This document shows, in pieces, positions 45,860 through 59,751 of a stretch of 64,000 bases of DNA. The translations under genes and the position numbers were made by a program. A model generated the notes under the pieces. It saw nothing but the letters and a program-made list of their open reading frames with translations. It ran no database searches and was not told the DNA's origin. The first letter of the stretch is position 1, and each line of letters opens with the position of its first letter. Source of the DNA: Bigelowiella natans CCMP2755 (Eukaryota; Protista; Cercozoa). Where the stretch lies: positions 1 through 64,000 of the forward strand of contig ADNK01002595.1 of the NCBI GenBank assembly GCA_000320545.1, written 5' to 3'.

Positions 45860-46148
45860 AAATATATGTTGAATTTCTTACAGGTTATGGTTGCCTTTGT
45901 AATTGGCACGTATTTAATGTTCATCTTGCTGGGCACGATCTATTTTCTATTAAGGTAATAGTGAGAAAGATTATGCGAGCTATTACGTAATATAATTGCA
46001 CAGGTGCGCAATCAGAAGAAACAGACAAATGACGATAAGAGATGTTGATTCTTACGAATCGGACGAAATTCCTATGGCTGATGTTCTGAACTCGATATCT
46101 TCTGATATTGAAAAGAAGCAGGGATCTTCAACATTCAGGTCAGGCTAA
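44411..46148 (+). CDS. TMEM45/DUF716-like multi-pass membrane protein
   Basis: N-terminal GTFLGHFVPG motif, HALLFFGF helix, GLWLALIGALLF helix and several other TM exons, ending KKQGSSTFRSG*. Confidence 0.65.
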
Positions 46149-46950
46149 TTACAACAGAATGGTCCGCTAGATGACCAACATCGGTCAATTAACACACCCG
46201 CGAATGCCTAGAGGCACTTATTAATTATTTTTTAGCTTTCTCAATGCCGCTGCTCCAATAGAAGATGATGATCTTGAAGACGTATGATATTTCGCAAGAT
46301 TGGCAAGGCAGAGTATTAGCGAAGCGCGAAAAAACAGTCAGAAGTATTGCTTTGACGAACATGCAGGTTGTTATATTTCATATTTAGCTGCAGCAACAAG
46401 TGTAAAATGTTGACCTAGGAGCCGCAATATGTCTGAAAGAGAAAACTAAGCTTTACACGACATGTTCGAAATACAAGGCAAATTATCATGTAAGGGCGGG
46501 TGACAAGCGCCATATCCCGCTCGCCGAGTAGCTACTGCAGCGCAACAGTGCATTGATCGCAATAAGCTGCGTATGGAATCCGAAATTTAATAATTGATAA
46601 AGATTTCTAGATTTTGCATTATCTAAAACGCCACCCATGGATGCGACTGCGACGCTCCACCTTGTTCATCACCATCGAGATTTCTATCCACCTTTGAGCT
46701 AGTGAGGTCCAAGTGTACGCTCTAGCGCTCCATGCATGGCAAGTTGTATGTGGCATCATAGCTAGATAGTAGCACATCATTTATTTACATTACACCCCTA
46801 TAACATTGTGTGCTTCCGTAAAAATATCGCATCGCTGACTGCGAAAGTTGTATCAAATAAGATAACGGATCGCCAATGCGATGGACCTGGCTAGCTGGCA
46901 TCCCATTTCCTCAGTACTGAGTAAGTAATTAACACAATTCCACCCAAACT

Positions 46951-48037
46951 CTACTCTGTGGAATTTAGCGTTTGACCATGCCATAGTTGTTCTTTAAGTC
47001 TATTATTCTCCACGGCAAGGGCCTCGAGCTGCTCTTCTAGCTCTGATTGATATTGGCTGTGCTGATGAACACCGCCCTGAGAGAAGTTGTCAATCTCGGC
47101 TAGTTGCTGCATAAGGCTGTCTACACGCATGTTTGCAGCGACAAGACGCTCCTCGGTCTCCTTCTGTGTGTCAGCACGAGCTTTCAAATTTTTCCGCAAA
47201 TTTGCATTCTCTCCTTCCAGCATTCGAACACGATCCGTCTTTCCATTAAGTTGCGTGGTTATATCTTCATTTGTGCTAATCAATTTTGCATTCCTCCTCT
47301 TAAGATCCTCGTTTTCTGTGAGGCACTTACTCAACTTTGCCTCCTTTTCCGTGCGGGCTTCTGTCTCTGCTCGCAACCGAGAAGAGAGTGTTTCAAGGTC
47401 GTTCTCTAACTTCTTGACTTTCTTATCCTGCTCATACCACTGGCGTTGGAGGTGGGCGTTTGCTGCTAGCATCTCCTGATTCACAGTTCTCAGGGCCCCA
47501 TGTTGTATTTGCTTTGCATCCAAGCGGCGTATCTCAGTGCATTGTAAAGGAGGAGAAGGCGGTGTGAAAACAGCAGCCACTCTTTTCGTGGATTGCAAGG
47601 CTAATGATGGGGTCGCTTCTACTTGAACAGGTGCATCCATGATACTCCTGGTACCTTCTTTTCCAACCACTTTTATCTTTCTAGGATTGACTCTACTTTG
47701 ACCTTCCTGCAGTGTATACGTAAGCGGCGCTCTGACCGCTGAACCGTTCCGCGCAAGCCGTACCTGAAAAGAACCAAGCTTTCCCGTAGCACTATCCGTT
47801 GAGCGGCCGCATGCCACCCCAAAATAGTCGTAACTGGCTAAAGGATTTCCATTGCTCGAGAAGAGGACAGTCAGTGACAGCTTTCCCGACCTTAATTTAC
47901 GAAACATCGAATGGGTGTAGGTATATGTTGGGGTTTGACAACGTTCACGACTCTCCCCCTTTGTTTGTTTTTTCTAGATTGTAGTTTGAACCTTAGATCC
48001 CATGCTCCGCGCAGCTTCCGCTCCCAAACTGTGGTCC

Positions 48038-48111
<74 letters not shown>

Positions 48112-48600
48112 GGGGGCATAGAGAGGAGATAGACGTCAGAGATCATTCTTGCGAAAAACTTTAAAGCGGGTAAATGTGAGAGAGGCATGTTACTTCTAAC
48201 CTGTTGACTGAATGCCAGTTCCCTCAATTGAACCATCCTCGTACACCATCCATGTGTCCTTGATGCTTTGCCCTTTGGCACTAATAGCCCACCATCGTGA
48301 AGGCTCACCGACAATGCTGGAAGGGAGAGTATGGGATAGCGGTCATGATCAGCACGTAATGATAATTGCAGCGAATGTAAATTCGAAAGATTTCCTGCGG
48401 AAGATCCTCTATCTCTATAACAACATCGAAAAGAATATATCATCCACACCCTTCCATTATTGTCGGCATTCGAAGGAGGCTGCCTTGTGGGGAGGCGGGC
48501 GGAAGACTTCCGAGATGTGGTTTGGGGTTTCTTTCCCGCGGTTTCTATTTGTTCGGTTACCGCTATATTGTTGTAGTATCCGTTGCCAATCTAGACAATT
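46951..48600 (-). CDS. Coiled-coil protein (5' exons uncertain)
   Basis: 318-aa terminal ORF with a long heptad region (LQRQWYEQDKKVKKLENDLETLSSRL...LEEQLEALAVENNRLKEQL) and upstream GT-AG exons around 48200-48380. Confidence 0.65.
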
Positions 48601-48980
48601 TATCATACTAGCAATAACCCTATAGAATAATAACTCATTCTAAATTCGAATGATTTCGCCGCATAATTCGAACTTAGTCATGCTAGTATTGAATAGAATA
48701 TTCAGATATTATTAGGGATAAATATTGTCTGGATTGTTGTTGAGCTTTGCAGTAGCAGAGCGAGTTGGAGGACGACGACGACGAGCAGGGGAGGAGGAGG
48801 AGGATAAGGGCAGCAAAACTAACGAAAGGATGCGACCGCTGCGGTGCATGCCATCTTGGTAGCGGAATGAAAAGAGTAGTAAATGTGAGAGGAGGGTGCT
48901 TGCCAAATCCATCAGGAAGGGCCGCTGCTGTACTAGTCTGCGTATGTATATTCTTCTTCTCGTCAAAGAACCATGACGGA

Positions 48981-49757
48981 ATGGTAGCTCCTGAGCGACC
49001 GACAAGATCGCCCTACCTCCTGTTGCAACCGCCGATCGATCCCATGGTATGTAATATAGTCATAATGTCACATTCGATAGATGGCTGTCCCGAAACATGT
49101 GAAATAAATACAATGGGAATAGCAGAGCAGAGAGCAACGTCAATCCAGCCCCTCGAACAACTATAAAAACTTGCGATATGAGTAGAGAGAATCATACATC
49201 GAGCACCATGAAATATTACGAGAACTTGTGGTCTGCCGCACATTTGAAAGTCTTTTGTCAACTTATCAGCATAGAGAATGATGTTGTTTGGATCTAATAA
49301 TGTAAGGAGGATAATAAGCGTATCAAGGATTTGACACGCCAAATGACGGGTCTTGCCGTCGGGGTGGGAAACTCACCTTCGACGCAGCTTGAAACTGGAA
49401 CATACTTGAAGACTCATGGAGGACAGCCTGACATTGGTCGACAAGTACCTTTTTCTTTTCGATGAATTGCTTTATGATCATAGAAATTCTTCTCAATGAA
49501 CCTAAACAAAACATCGGTGTGCGTGCGCTGCGATCCAAATGTGCGTCTCTTTCCTCCAGTGAATGAATGTTGCCATCGGGAATAATGTCATGAATGATAT
49601 ACTTGCTATCTCAGATATGCATAGAAAAAAGAGTCTTCTTATGGGAGAGTGGAAACAGCAACATCATTCCTCTGTTGATGAGATGTCATCATCATCCGCA
49701 GCAACCATCCCCGCTCGGACGATCAACATTACGTTCCATTCAGACATGTTAGTTTCC

Positions 49758-49812
<55 letters not shown>

Positions 49813-50870
49813 ATCTGTCTTTCTTCTCATGTGTGTGGGTGTGGTGTGTCACCTACTGCGATGGTTTCAAATAGCATATCACTTTTTGTCTCATTATTTC
49901 CTCCTACTTCTTCTTATTCTAAACACTCTTCTTGGTGCGCATCAGGAGCAAGTTGTTGCAAAGAGAGCGTGGTTCTGTTGATCTCCCTAAGAGCTTTGAC
50001 CACATGACGCCCTTCCTCCAGGAACTAACAGTAGGGAAGAATGGCGATCCCTCCTACGTCAACATGTCGCATTCCCAGAGGCTCGAGGCGAAAGCAAGGG
50101 AAATGTTCATCGAATCCGTCACTCAAGCTCTCGACGGGGGGGGGGCAGAACGAGGCAACAACGCCAACTCTGCCCTGAGCACCATCTCACAAGCACTCTA
50201 TCTCGATGCTTCCAAGTGGTACATGCATGACTGCAAAGCACAGCTTCTATTGGCCATTGGGAAAAATTCAGAAGCCCTAAACTCGGCAGAAGCTGGTCTC
50301 TCTCTCTCGCCCAACCAATCCGCACTATGGATCACACGCGGACGCATCTATCGAAATATGCGAAGGACACGTGAAGCTGTCGATTCCTTTCGAATTATAG
50401 TGAATGGGAGCCTTCCTAAGGCCTCGAAGGAGACAAGGTTGGAGGCAGTTGATGAGATGATGGAGATCATAAACTCCGAAGAGGAGACGCGAAGTAGGGC
50501 TTCTCAGGACGAGAAAGCTGTACGACAAGCCCAAGCACGTTTCTTCCAAGAGCACAACATTATATCACCAAAACAGTTTCGATTTACAGGCTCATACGAA
50601 TGGGGAATTGGGTTGATCAATAGTAGCAGCAGCGTCGAAGGTCTTGATAACGGCAATAACGTTGGCAGAGGCAGCAGCAGCTCACAGCTTCAACAACAAC
50701 CGCTCATCCCTGCTGATCCTTCATCAGAGTCTCCTGACGATGATGACGATTGGGACAAGATTGAAAGAAGACAACAACATAGCAAGAACGAGGATGGTGA
50801 TGATGATGACTGTGACGACCACAACAAGAAGATGGTGAACAATTTTGATTTCGAGCTCCCAGATGAATGA
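48981..50870 (+). CDS. TPR-repeat protein with an acidic tail
   Basis: The large last exon has TPR-like helices ALSTISQALYLDASKWYMHDCKAQLLLAIG / EALNSAEAGLSLSPNQSALWITRGRIYRNMRRTREAVDSF. Start is inferred. Confidence 0.7.
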
Positions 50871-51300
50871 AAATTTTCGTTTTCACAGGGTACTTGTAAA
50901 TGTGTTGAGAGGATGCCATCACGTATGACTATCTGCTATGCTATGTGCTGCATGATGAGGCAAGTGAGGGCGTTGCATACAAATCAAGCAAGATCACTTG
51001 TTTACATGTTTAGATGTGTTGTGTGCCATTGTGATGAATGATTGATTGCGCTCGTTCTCTTTGTCAATGCGCACACCTAAACTACACAGCCAAATGCGTA
51101 GAGAACAATTGCAACATTGCTGCTACGCTGCATTCATTGTCACGCTCACTTTGCTACAGTGACAAGATGTGTGAAACGGCTGGCGCAAATGCAATGATGC
51201 CAGGATGGTTACAGCTACTAAACATGTTTTCTGCTGCTATGCTGCATCGTGTGAACCGTTCTGTGTGTGTTTTCGCATGCCATTTTTGTCACCCAGTGTT

Positions 51301-52140
51301 GTCAGTGCTGCGTGCATGTCTTCTGATGTGCTAGCCCAGTGTGGCCTGTGATGTCCAAAGTCCAAAGCTGTGGTTCTGCAGAATCAAAGAATGCGTCTTG
51401 ATCGTTCACGAGTTTCTTCAGCAGCGCTCTGGCGTCCCGGAGGTGCTTTGATCGGCCGCTCTCTGACAGCAGCTGCACGAGAAAGGTCTTGTGCTGGGAT
51501 CTTCGTAGTCGAACCCCACCGCATTCTTCGAGGTCGCGCCTTCAAGGTTGCCCTGAGCTCAGGATTTGGGCTGAGATCACGCAGAATTCGGGCGCCTGTG
51601 GGTTCAGCGTGATGTGCTCTGAAGCTACCTGGAGCGTCTCATTGACGGTGAAGAGGCATTTCAGCTGCTGCTTGACAGAATCGTCAAGACCCTTCTTCAT
51701 CAGAGCCCTCGCATCCCCCGCCAGCCCGGGTGATTGCAATGTTGTTGATCTCAACTGCTCCAATGGAAACACTCTATTTTTCATTTTTCCTTCCTTCCTT
51801 CCTGCTCTTCCTTCATCACCCACGCGCAGGTCAGAGATTTGTCTCTGCAGGTCATCTGTCTCAGTGCTCGTGGCCGGAGGAAGCGAAAAGATCCCTGAAA
51901 TCTTCATGGGGGGGGGGGGTTCAATTCAGGAGGACGTGGATGAGTTGGAACTTCCCAATGATGCTTTGCACAAATCGTCGGCCACGCTCGTCGTTGACAG
52001 CGGCGTGCTGAAATTGATGTGCGGCATCGCTGCCAAGGCATTCAATGGGGGCCGGAGCGCTTCGCGAGGGAGCTGGCTTGCTCTGCAGGCCATGAGAAAG
52101 GATCATGGGATGGATGAAATCTGAGACTGCTGAAATCATC
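51301..52140 (-). pseudogene. TpA-depleted relic of a possible helical-repeat gene (left part of island 4)
   Basis: Minus-strand frames with stops give DARALMKKG...LNPQAPEFCVISAQIL...DARALLKKL; only 4 TA in 840 bp. Confidence 0.35.
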
Positions 52141-52743
52141 CCAAGGGGGTTTCACTCCCCGGGTTTTGGTCCGTGCCATGCTCGGAATCCACTCCAAACT
52201 TCTTCCGAAGCACCACAGAAGACTTCTGGACGTGTGATGAGAAGGTCCAGAATTGTCCAGAAAGGGGTGTGAAAAGGTGGATTTTCAAGGAAAAAAATCG
52301 AGGGCAAAAACTTTGGGTGCCGCGGAAAGGGCCCCCTTGCGCGTTGGCTCAAAAACACATGCTCAGAGGCCGTTTCCACACCAACTCCATCACGTCCAGA
52401 AATGACCACTCCGAAATTCGAAAATTGAACGTTTCCGCGCCAAAAAAGTGTGTTTTTTGGTGATTGGTGATTTTGTGTGATGAAACCTTTCACTTTGGGC
52501 AATCAATGAACATTTTGTGGATGGTTTTTGAAGAAAACATTGAGGAATTTCAATTTTTGCTCATTTTGTTGTTCACACTGAATCGATCACCGAGAAATTT
52601 GGACAAAATTTGCATTTTTTTTTGGGTGAAATCAGGAAATCCTAGGTAGAAATCCGGAAATCGTGAAAAATTTCCCGGCTGACGCTGGGGCAAAACCGCC
52701 GAGCATGACACGGACCAAATTCCGAGGAGTGAAACCCCCTTGG
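52141..52743. mobile_element. Non-autonomous DNA transposon (MITE), 603 bp
   Basis: 45-bp terminal inverted repeats at 52141-52185 and 52699-52743 (41/45 identical, starting CCAAGGGGGTTTCACTCC), flanked by a direct ATCATC at 52135-52140 and 52744-52749. No transposase ORF. Confidence 0.88.
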
Positions 52744-53156
52744 ATCATCCATCATCCAGGAATGCATGCCGGTGCTCCCTTTTTGAAAACTGTTGCGGAT
52801 TTGTTCGATAGGCGCTTTGCCCTCAGATCGACTCCTGGATTTTCCATGAAATTCAGTGATCAGTAGGTTGTCGTCATAGCAGTATCCTCGATCATTTGTA
52901 GACGTATTTGGAGACTAGTTCTGAGGGCAACCTCGGTGGCAGTAGGAATAGCCTGTATTATTGGGGGTACGACAAGGAAAAAGAGACGAACAGCGATGCC
53001 AGCGTCCACTCCAGAATAGAAAGGGAGAGGGGAGAAGGGTAAAGGAATACAACGCAGCTCCTTCTCGATCACGGGTTGTCATTCAAGCGCTTTTCACGAC
53101 CGCGAAACGAAGAGGTGGCTGCAACATCTAGAAGCAGCACGGCTTACTGTGGGAAG

Positions 53157-54109
53157 ATGTCGTTCAGCCTAGATGACATGGTGGACTGGCTACGGGACAA
53201 CGACGTCAATCAGTTTAGCAAGATCATTAAAGAAGAGAGAGCGTACAAGGTGATTCAGATTCGATGAATTATCATTATTTCGCCACTTATTTGAATTATA
53301 TACCTTCTGCAATAGGGACATTCGATCTTGATGATGATTGGGATGCACTCTGATGGTACATACATGGTCAAAGAACTCCTCAAGCGGTAAGTCAAGATTC
53401 CCAGCTCTTATTGTCATATAACTGACTCGCATATTTATGTCCTAACAACTTAGATTTCCAAAGGAAATTGATCGAAAATCCCAGGAACCTCTGGAGCAAT
53501 TTGCTGGCGATATTGGCCTCATAGCTGATACAGACATCATAAGAGATTCTGGGTAAATCGTAGGACCGTTTGATTCCTGAGATAAACTTGATTTGATTTT
53601 TATTTACTCCGTATTCTTACTTACTCTTTTTTTCCTTCATTTTGCTGAAGAATGCAACTGAATTAGATGCTGAAAGACATTAACAATTTCTTAGGTATAC
53701 CGCTTTGATGCTATCGGTAATGTTCGGTCCCCCAGCATCAGTAAAGGCCTTCCTCGACGCAGGTAAAAGATTTAGTTGTTGCACCATCGTTGCAATCACG
53801 TGGATGACATTTGTATCTGTTGCGTTGCGTGCCAATGTCCAGGAGCTGACATGGATTGCAAAACAGACCATGGAAGGTATTCTCGCAATGATTTCCAATG
53901 AGAAACTAGCAGTTGAAACTTGATTTTGTATTTTATAAAATAACGTCTCACCTGCATATTCGATGTTGGCCGTTAGTTCCGTGCTGGAGTTCGCTCAGTA
54001 CCGCGATGATGCCCAGATTCGATGTCTGTTCGAAATTAAATCTACAAACGAGAGCCCGGAGACCGGGGCTGTCTGCAATTGCGAAAACAATAAATGTGTA
54101 ATAATTTGA
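53157..54109 (+). CDS. Small ankyrin-repeat protein ending in a CaaX box (CVII)
   Basis: Five exons: GHSILMMIGM..MVKELLKR, SGYTALMLSVMFGPPASVKAFLDAGADMDCKTDHGSSVLEFA, ending AVCNCENNKCVII*. Confidence 0.8.
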
Positions 54110-54829
54110 GTGAAGGGGAGGGGAAAGAGATTATCCTGTATTTTGACTCCTTGTTCATAGATTAAGGACTATGTGCGTATTCCCCAAGCTAGATGTATAG
54201 CCTAGCGATTAGATGTTGCTGCGTAATGTTAAGCCAGTAGATTAGGGACGTATATACGTCCGAAGTGACTGTCCGGCACTAGGATGGTACATAACTTTTT
54301 AATAAGATAGATACACTCCTGAAACCCATCTAGGATATGCGTACGAACAGAATCGAGCCGAATAAATGCACACTACTTGAGTAGCTGCTGTGCATAAATT
54401 GGAACACGCTACTTGCTACATATGTATGCGCGCTGGCGAGTATTCCTAGCGCTAGCAATATGACCAGCAGGCAGCGAGCATTGCAGATACGCACGCGATG
54501 TTGTGTAAGCGTAGATAGCTGTAGCTGCTACGCGCATGCGTGTCGCATCCGGATAGCACCTTTCTGTTTGCATTCTAGCATTCTTCATAAGCCGTCAGAA
54601 GTTCCCAACATGACACAATTTCCGCAATGACCTGGCTAGCTGGTGTAACGCTTATACTATAATACTGGTACATGTTGTAGCGCGCGCACACACACATACC
54701 ATTGTTCGCATCATCATCGTGTATAATAATATAGTTTGAGCAGCAAATACATTTACCATATATTTTTATTACATGCACATGTATATGCATCATTACTTTA
54801 GATCGCTCCTCGCTTAATCGCTTTAATCT

Positions 54830-54959
54830 TCAAAACCTATTCACTTTGTCTTCGAATGGTTTCGGAATTCCGAAATTGTCGAGGAGACCTTCCACCTGAA
54901 AGAGGAAATTCTTTACAACCATAATCTTCTCATAGAAATAAATGTAATATATTATATAC

Positions 54960-55000
<41 letters not shown>

Positions 55001-55504
55001 CCGTATATAACCCTGACTCTCATCCCTCTACTCTCACTTTTTCTACTTATATCTTGTTGTTATTAATGTAAAAACATTGCGAGGTAGAATATTATAAATG
55101 TAATATATAGAACAAAAGATGTACCTGTTTGCGCCATCTGAAGGATCTCCATAGCCTTCGACCCTAATATCGATGACGGGGAGGTTGGTTATGATCGTAA
55201 GAACCAATACATATTGCTATTACAGCGACTGATGACCGCCATTCCTCACTTTGAAAGTCGCACCTGTTTATTCCGATTGAATGTGGCCACTGAGTCATAT
55301 ATCTCTTCATCAGAAGGCTCTCTTAGTGTTGTTTGAACCTGAGAGAAGAATGGGGAATGGGGTTGGAAGGTGGGAGGAGGAGGAGGAGGAGGAGGCAACA
55401 CATGTGTGATGTCAGTACATGTTATTTAAAAACTCCCTTGAGCCAATGAAAAGATGGTAATAATGAGAGAGAGAGAGGGGTAGAGAGAGGAAAATGGATT
55501 TCTA

Positions 55505-55541
<37 letters not shown>

Positions 55542-56128
55542 ATTTCATAATGAGGATAAAATATGAGAGGCTGAGCAAAATGGAGGAAGAAGGACGTACA
55601 AGTTTATAAGCGCCGTCGTCTGCTACGAAGAGCTTCCATGGTTTTGGGTATCTGTCATCATCATCACAATGTACAGCACCAACACATTTATCATGAGACC
55701 ATCAACCTGCAAATAATGACCGCAGCAACTCAATCGCATATAAGTAGACAGCAGCACTTGTCCTACTTTTTGAAAAGAACAATGATGCCGGCCTGGCGAC
55801 TTAGAACCTAATGTGTTTGTTCACGTGCAAGTTGTCATTATACAAGGAAACATAAAGTTCTAAACAAATAGGGAGCAGTAGCGCGATGTTGTTCTTGTGT
55901 GCTTTACTTGCTCGAGGAAATACGTTACGACGAACTTGGTCTTGAGACGCCTTGCCTATATCATGGCAGCAGCAGCAGCAGCAGCAGCAGCAAGCACAAA
56001 AACGCCAAAAAAATGTTAGCTTTCCCCAAGTTGTGCATGGACAAACAGATAGTCACTATCAATGCACAATAAATGACAGCAAAACACAAAAAATGCTTCC
56101 ACGGGATCAATAACATCTCGTAAAGAGC

Positions 56129-56166
<38 letters not shown>

Positions 56167-56258
56167 TATTTCGGGCCTATCCCAACCTACTACCTGTGTA
56201 GTTTCGAGCTGGGGAACATTAAGGAATCCCTCACCTTTATCTTCCTACGAGATGATGA

Positions 56259-56292
<34 letters not shown>

Positions 56293-56535
56293 GGTGATAA
56301 TGTAATCATTATAATCAGAGTTCTTTAAAATGATGAAAAGATCATATTAGATAAGTCAGTTCGCAAGAAACAGCGTAATTTGCATATAATACATCCAATG
56401 CTACTACATAGCGCAGGTGAGTGAGTGAATGATGATGTCACTATTGTTATGATAATGCACACCTGATCTCCGAAGTTTTCGTTGAGCATGATCACTGCTG
56501 GCCTATTCTCGAAAGGCATTCCTTCGATCTACCCA

Positions 56536-56594
<59 letters not shown>

Positions 56595-58413
56595 ACCACC
56601 ACCATATGGAATCACCTACTACATCTGTACTAGCTTTGTTACTACTTCTACTACTACTGCTACTACTACTACAACTAATATTACTACTCTCATTGCAGTA
56701 GCATGCCTTCAAAGATTGTTTCCCTGTCTCCCCCCCTCTCGCGTCCCCTATTTGTTCTTCTTCTCTTCCTCATGGAGAGACGGCAGACCTTGTCAACTAG
56801 TATTCTCACATTTTTTAGCGAGAAGAGATCTGGTTGTATCATTACGATCAGGTCCTGGCCAATAGTAGATATGTAGGGAGGGAGGAGAGGAGAGGAGGGC
56901 AAATCAACAAGAAATACTACCAAAATTTGTCTATACTATTCCGAAAGAGCAGCAGCTATGTGAAGGGTAAAGGCGGCCAGAACGCTGCCACTACCTCAGA
57001 GCCATCAATTGCTTGTGGGCGATCTAAGCTGCTAACAGACACTCTTTCTGGATCTTTCTCCTCAAGCCTAGCAACAACAAGGACGAGGATGAGTTGTGGA
57101 ATGAATGTGTGATATTACGACAACAACAAACAATGCATGATGATTTGACAGTCTTTTAGTCGAATGTGAGGTATTATATTGTATTGTAACTCACCATTTT
57201 TTGTGCTGCATGCTTGATCCCACCTGAAGGATCAGAAAGAATATATGGAGATCATAGCTATTAGAATCATAATACACACTTATATCGTTTGCTGTTAGTT
57301 CGCTTCGCATGTTTCATTTCACTGTTACTCTGCGGCTGCCTCCTCAATTAGTAGGATGAAAGTGGGGCACACTGACATTTGCAAAGAGATATTTTGTCTT
57401 CTGGAAATTTGCCTTCGCAGCAAAAGCAGCCCCGACACGGGAGAGCACACGCGGCTCTTGGAGCTAAATATCGTAATATTTTCATGCTTTACTCCGGAAA
57501 TTTTACGTTTGCAACAATGCTTCATAGAACGGCATGTCGTAGAGATTCATCATCCCTTGTACGTTTAAGATCTTCCCCAAACCATGTGTATCATCATCAT
57601 CATCATCGTCGTCGTCGTCATCATCACCACCATCATCAGTGAGTGAAAAATATATGTCCTTACATCCGTGTTCTGCTTTGCCCCTCGGACCATCTCCTCA
57701 ATCAACAAGCCCTAAAATCATCGTCAGTTGCACGATCAGTGAGAACATCATTCAGCATCAATATGTGTAGTTAAAGCGATAGTGTTTGTTGGAGTAGATA
57801 CCACACGCTGGAATGTTTCCCCCCGCTCATAAGCCGCGTTAAGAGCTTCAGCTGCCTGTTGTCACATGGTTGGTGGATGGGTTTCAAAGTCAAATGTACT
57901 GAATATGCTGCCTTCTCACACGATTCTGTAGACCACCCACAGAAGTCAAAGATAAGCGTCAATAGATACCTGATCTGTTGCCTGTCGGAGATCGGATGGA
58001 AGCTCGTCTTCTTCTTTCGGTGAGTCGAAAATGTCTTCTGGTGGGGGGGTACCTCCCATGCTTCCCTCGCCGCTGCTAGCCTTGAAGTCCTCAGCTTCCA
58101 CATAGATGACGCGCCTATTATCTCTATCGAATGAGGGTTTTCTTCTCGTCAATTCGGTTTTGGACTTCTGATGTCCATGGAATGGCGAGGAAGGGATCAT
58201 ATTGCGGGCGACAGTGCTCGGCACCTTCGAACCAACAATTCTCTTGCAAGCTCCTGAAGCTTGATAGCGTCCAATGCCCCTCCTCAACGATTCATTAGGA
58301 TATTTATGTGAAAGGTGAACGAGAGCTGCAGAGAAAAATAGGACGGCGCAGGCGATAGAACACACAACCGAAAGCACAAGAGGCTCGCTTCGGAGGCGAC
58401 GGCCAAACGCCAT
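54830..58413 (-). CDS. Plastid-targeted DUF1995-like protein
   Basis: Bipartite leader MAFGRRLRSEPLVLSVVCSIACAVLFFSAALV; exons LPSDLRQATDQAAEALNAA, RPAVIMLN, YPKPWKLFV...Y and REPSDEEI resemble DUF1995 motifs. Family assigned from memory of motifs. Confidence 0.6.
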
Positions 58414-59316
58414 TCTTTTTGCACTTATGTTAAGATACAACTCTTACTTAATCTTTATTTTTTGTATAAAATGCCATTCATTTCATGCCTACGACTTTTG
58501 AAAGAAGCCCTAATTTATCAAAAAAGGTCAGGAATCACTTCACCCAGCGCACATTTTTGAGAAACCTAGATTATCTTTGTGATTTCCCACAAAATATCAG
58601 ATATTTTCCGTCTCGTTGCATCACTCTATCGCGATATTGAAACAGGGTCGAGCAGCTAGTCGATCGATCGACAAGTAGAAATTCGATTGGCATCATCAGA
58701 TGTTTCTCCTTCTAGAATATGCCTAGTTCAGCCCTTGTCTCAACCGAACATAATTAAATTTGTTTTCTGGGAGACTCGTTAGCAAAGCTTTCTATATAGA
58801 AACGGCCTGTGTTTTGACATGAAGACACGGATAAACGGTCAATACGGTAAAATCGAACGGCATCATTCATCATCTACAAGTTAGTACACGACGACTGGTA
58901 CCACCCACCACCCTGCTAAACCAGGACTACTGAGTGATTGACTGACTTCTACTGCAGCTACTAGGAGTGTACTAGTGCTGTCGGTCGGTAGCAGCCACCC
59001 AGCTAGTAGCTACAAGATCCCAGAGCGCTACTACCCAACTACTACAGGTTCGTGGTTGTTGTTGCTTACATCTGAGGAGAAGAAGAAGAAGGACGGCACA
59101 CGTGATTTCCAGACCGACGTTTTGACTGCCACTATTGTTGGCTGCAACCGTTTAAGGAAGGGGGAAGGGGCTACTGGCTGATGCCCCCTTTCTTTGTCCA
59201 ACAAAACGGCATTTCTTCTTTTCAGCGTATCCACCAAATACACCTAGTGACAATATTATGCATCTGACATACACTGTTTCACCACCGGCAACTAGTTGAC
59301 GAGTATACAAATGTCA

Positions 59317-59397
<81 letters not shown>

Positions 59398-59556
59398 AGA
59401 TATCTCGGAGAAACAATGTGCGAAACAGTAGCCGCTAAAAAGTTCATCTTCACCATTCATAGGGGGCTACTTCCACGGCTTTCCAGAAAAAGCAAGCATA
59501 CGAATCGGAAGGAGGAGAATAGTTCGGTGACTGGGGCGGAAGAAAGGAGCTATGCG

Positions 59557-59712
59557 ATGTTGAGGACGATTTTCATTACACACTCAGCGTGTACTACCAC
59601 TACTACTACTGCGTTGGTATATCTGATAGCTGCTTCCGTTGTTGCGGGAACAGCAAGCAGTCATGCTCAAGGAAGGTCATGAATGTGCGATACACTACGT
59701 TAAAAAGAATGA

Positions 59713-59751
<39 letters not shown>

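Noticed and set aside
51370-52866. Dense overlapping ORFs in the TA-free island taken as real genes
   Set aside because: Loss of TAA and TAG removes two of three stop codons in all frames and inflates ORF length; the products lack Tyr and known motifs.
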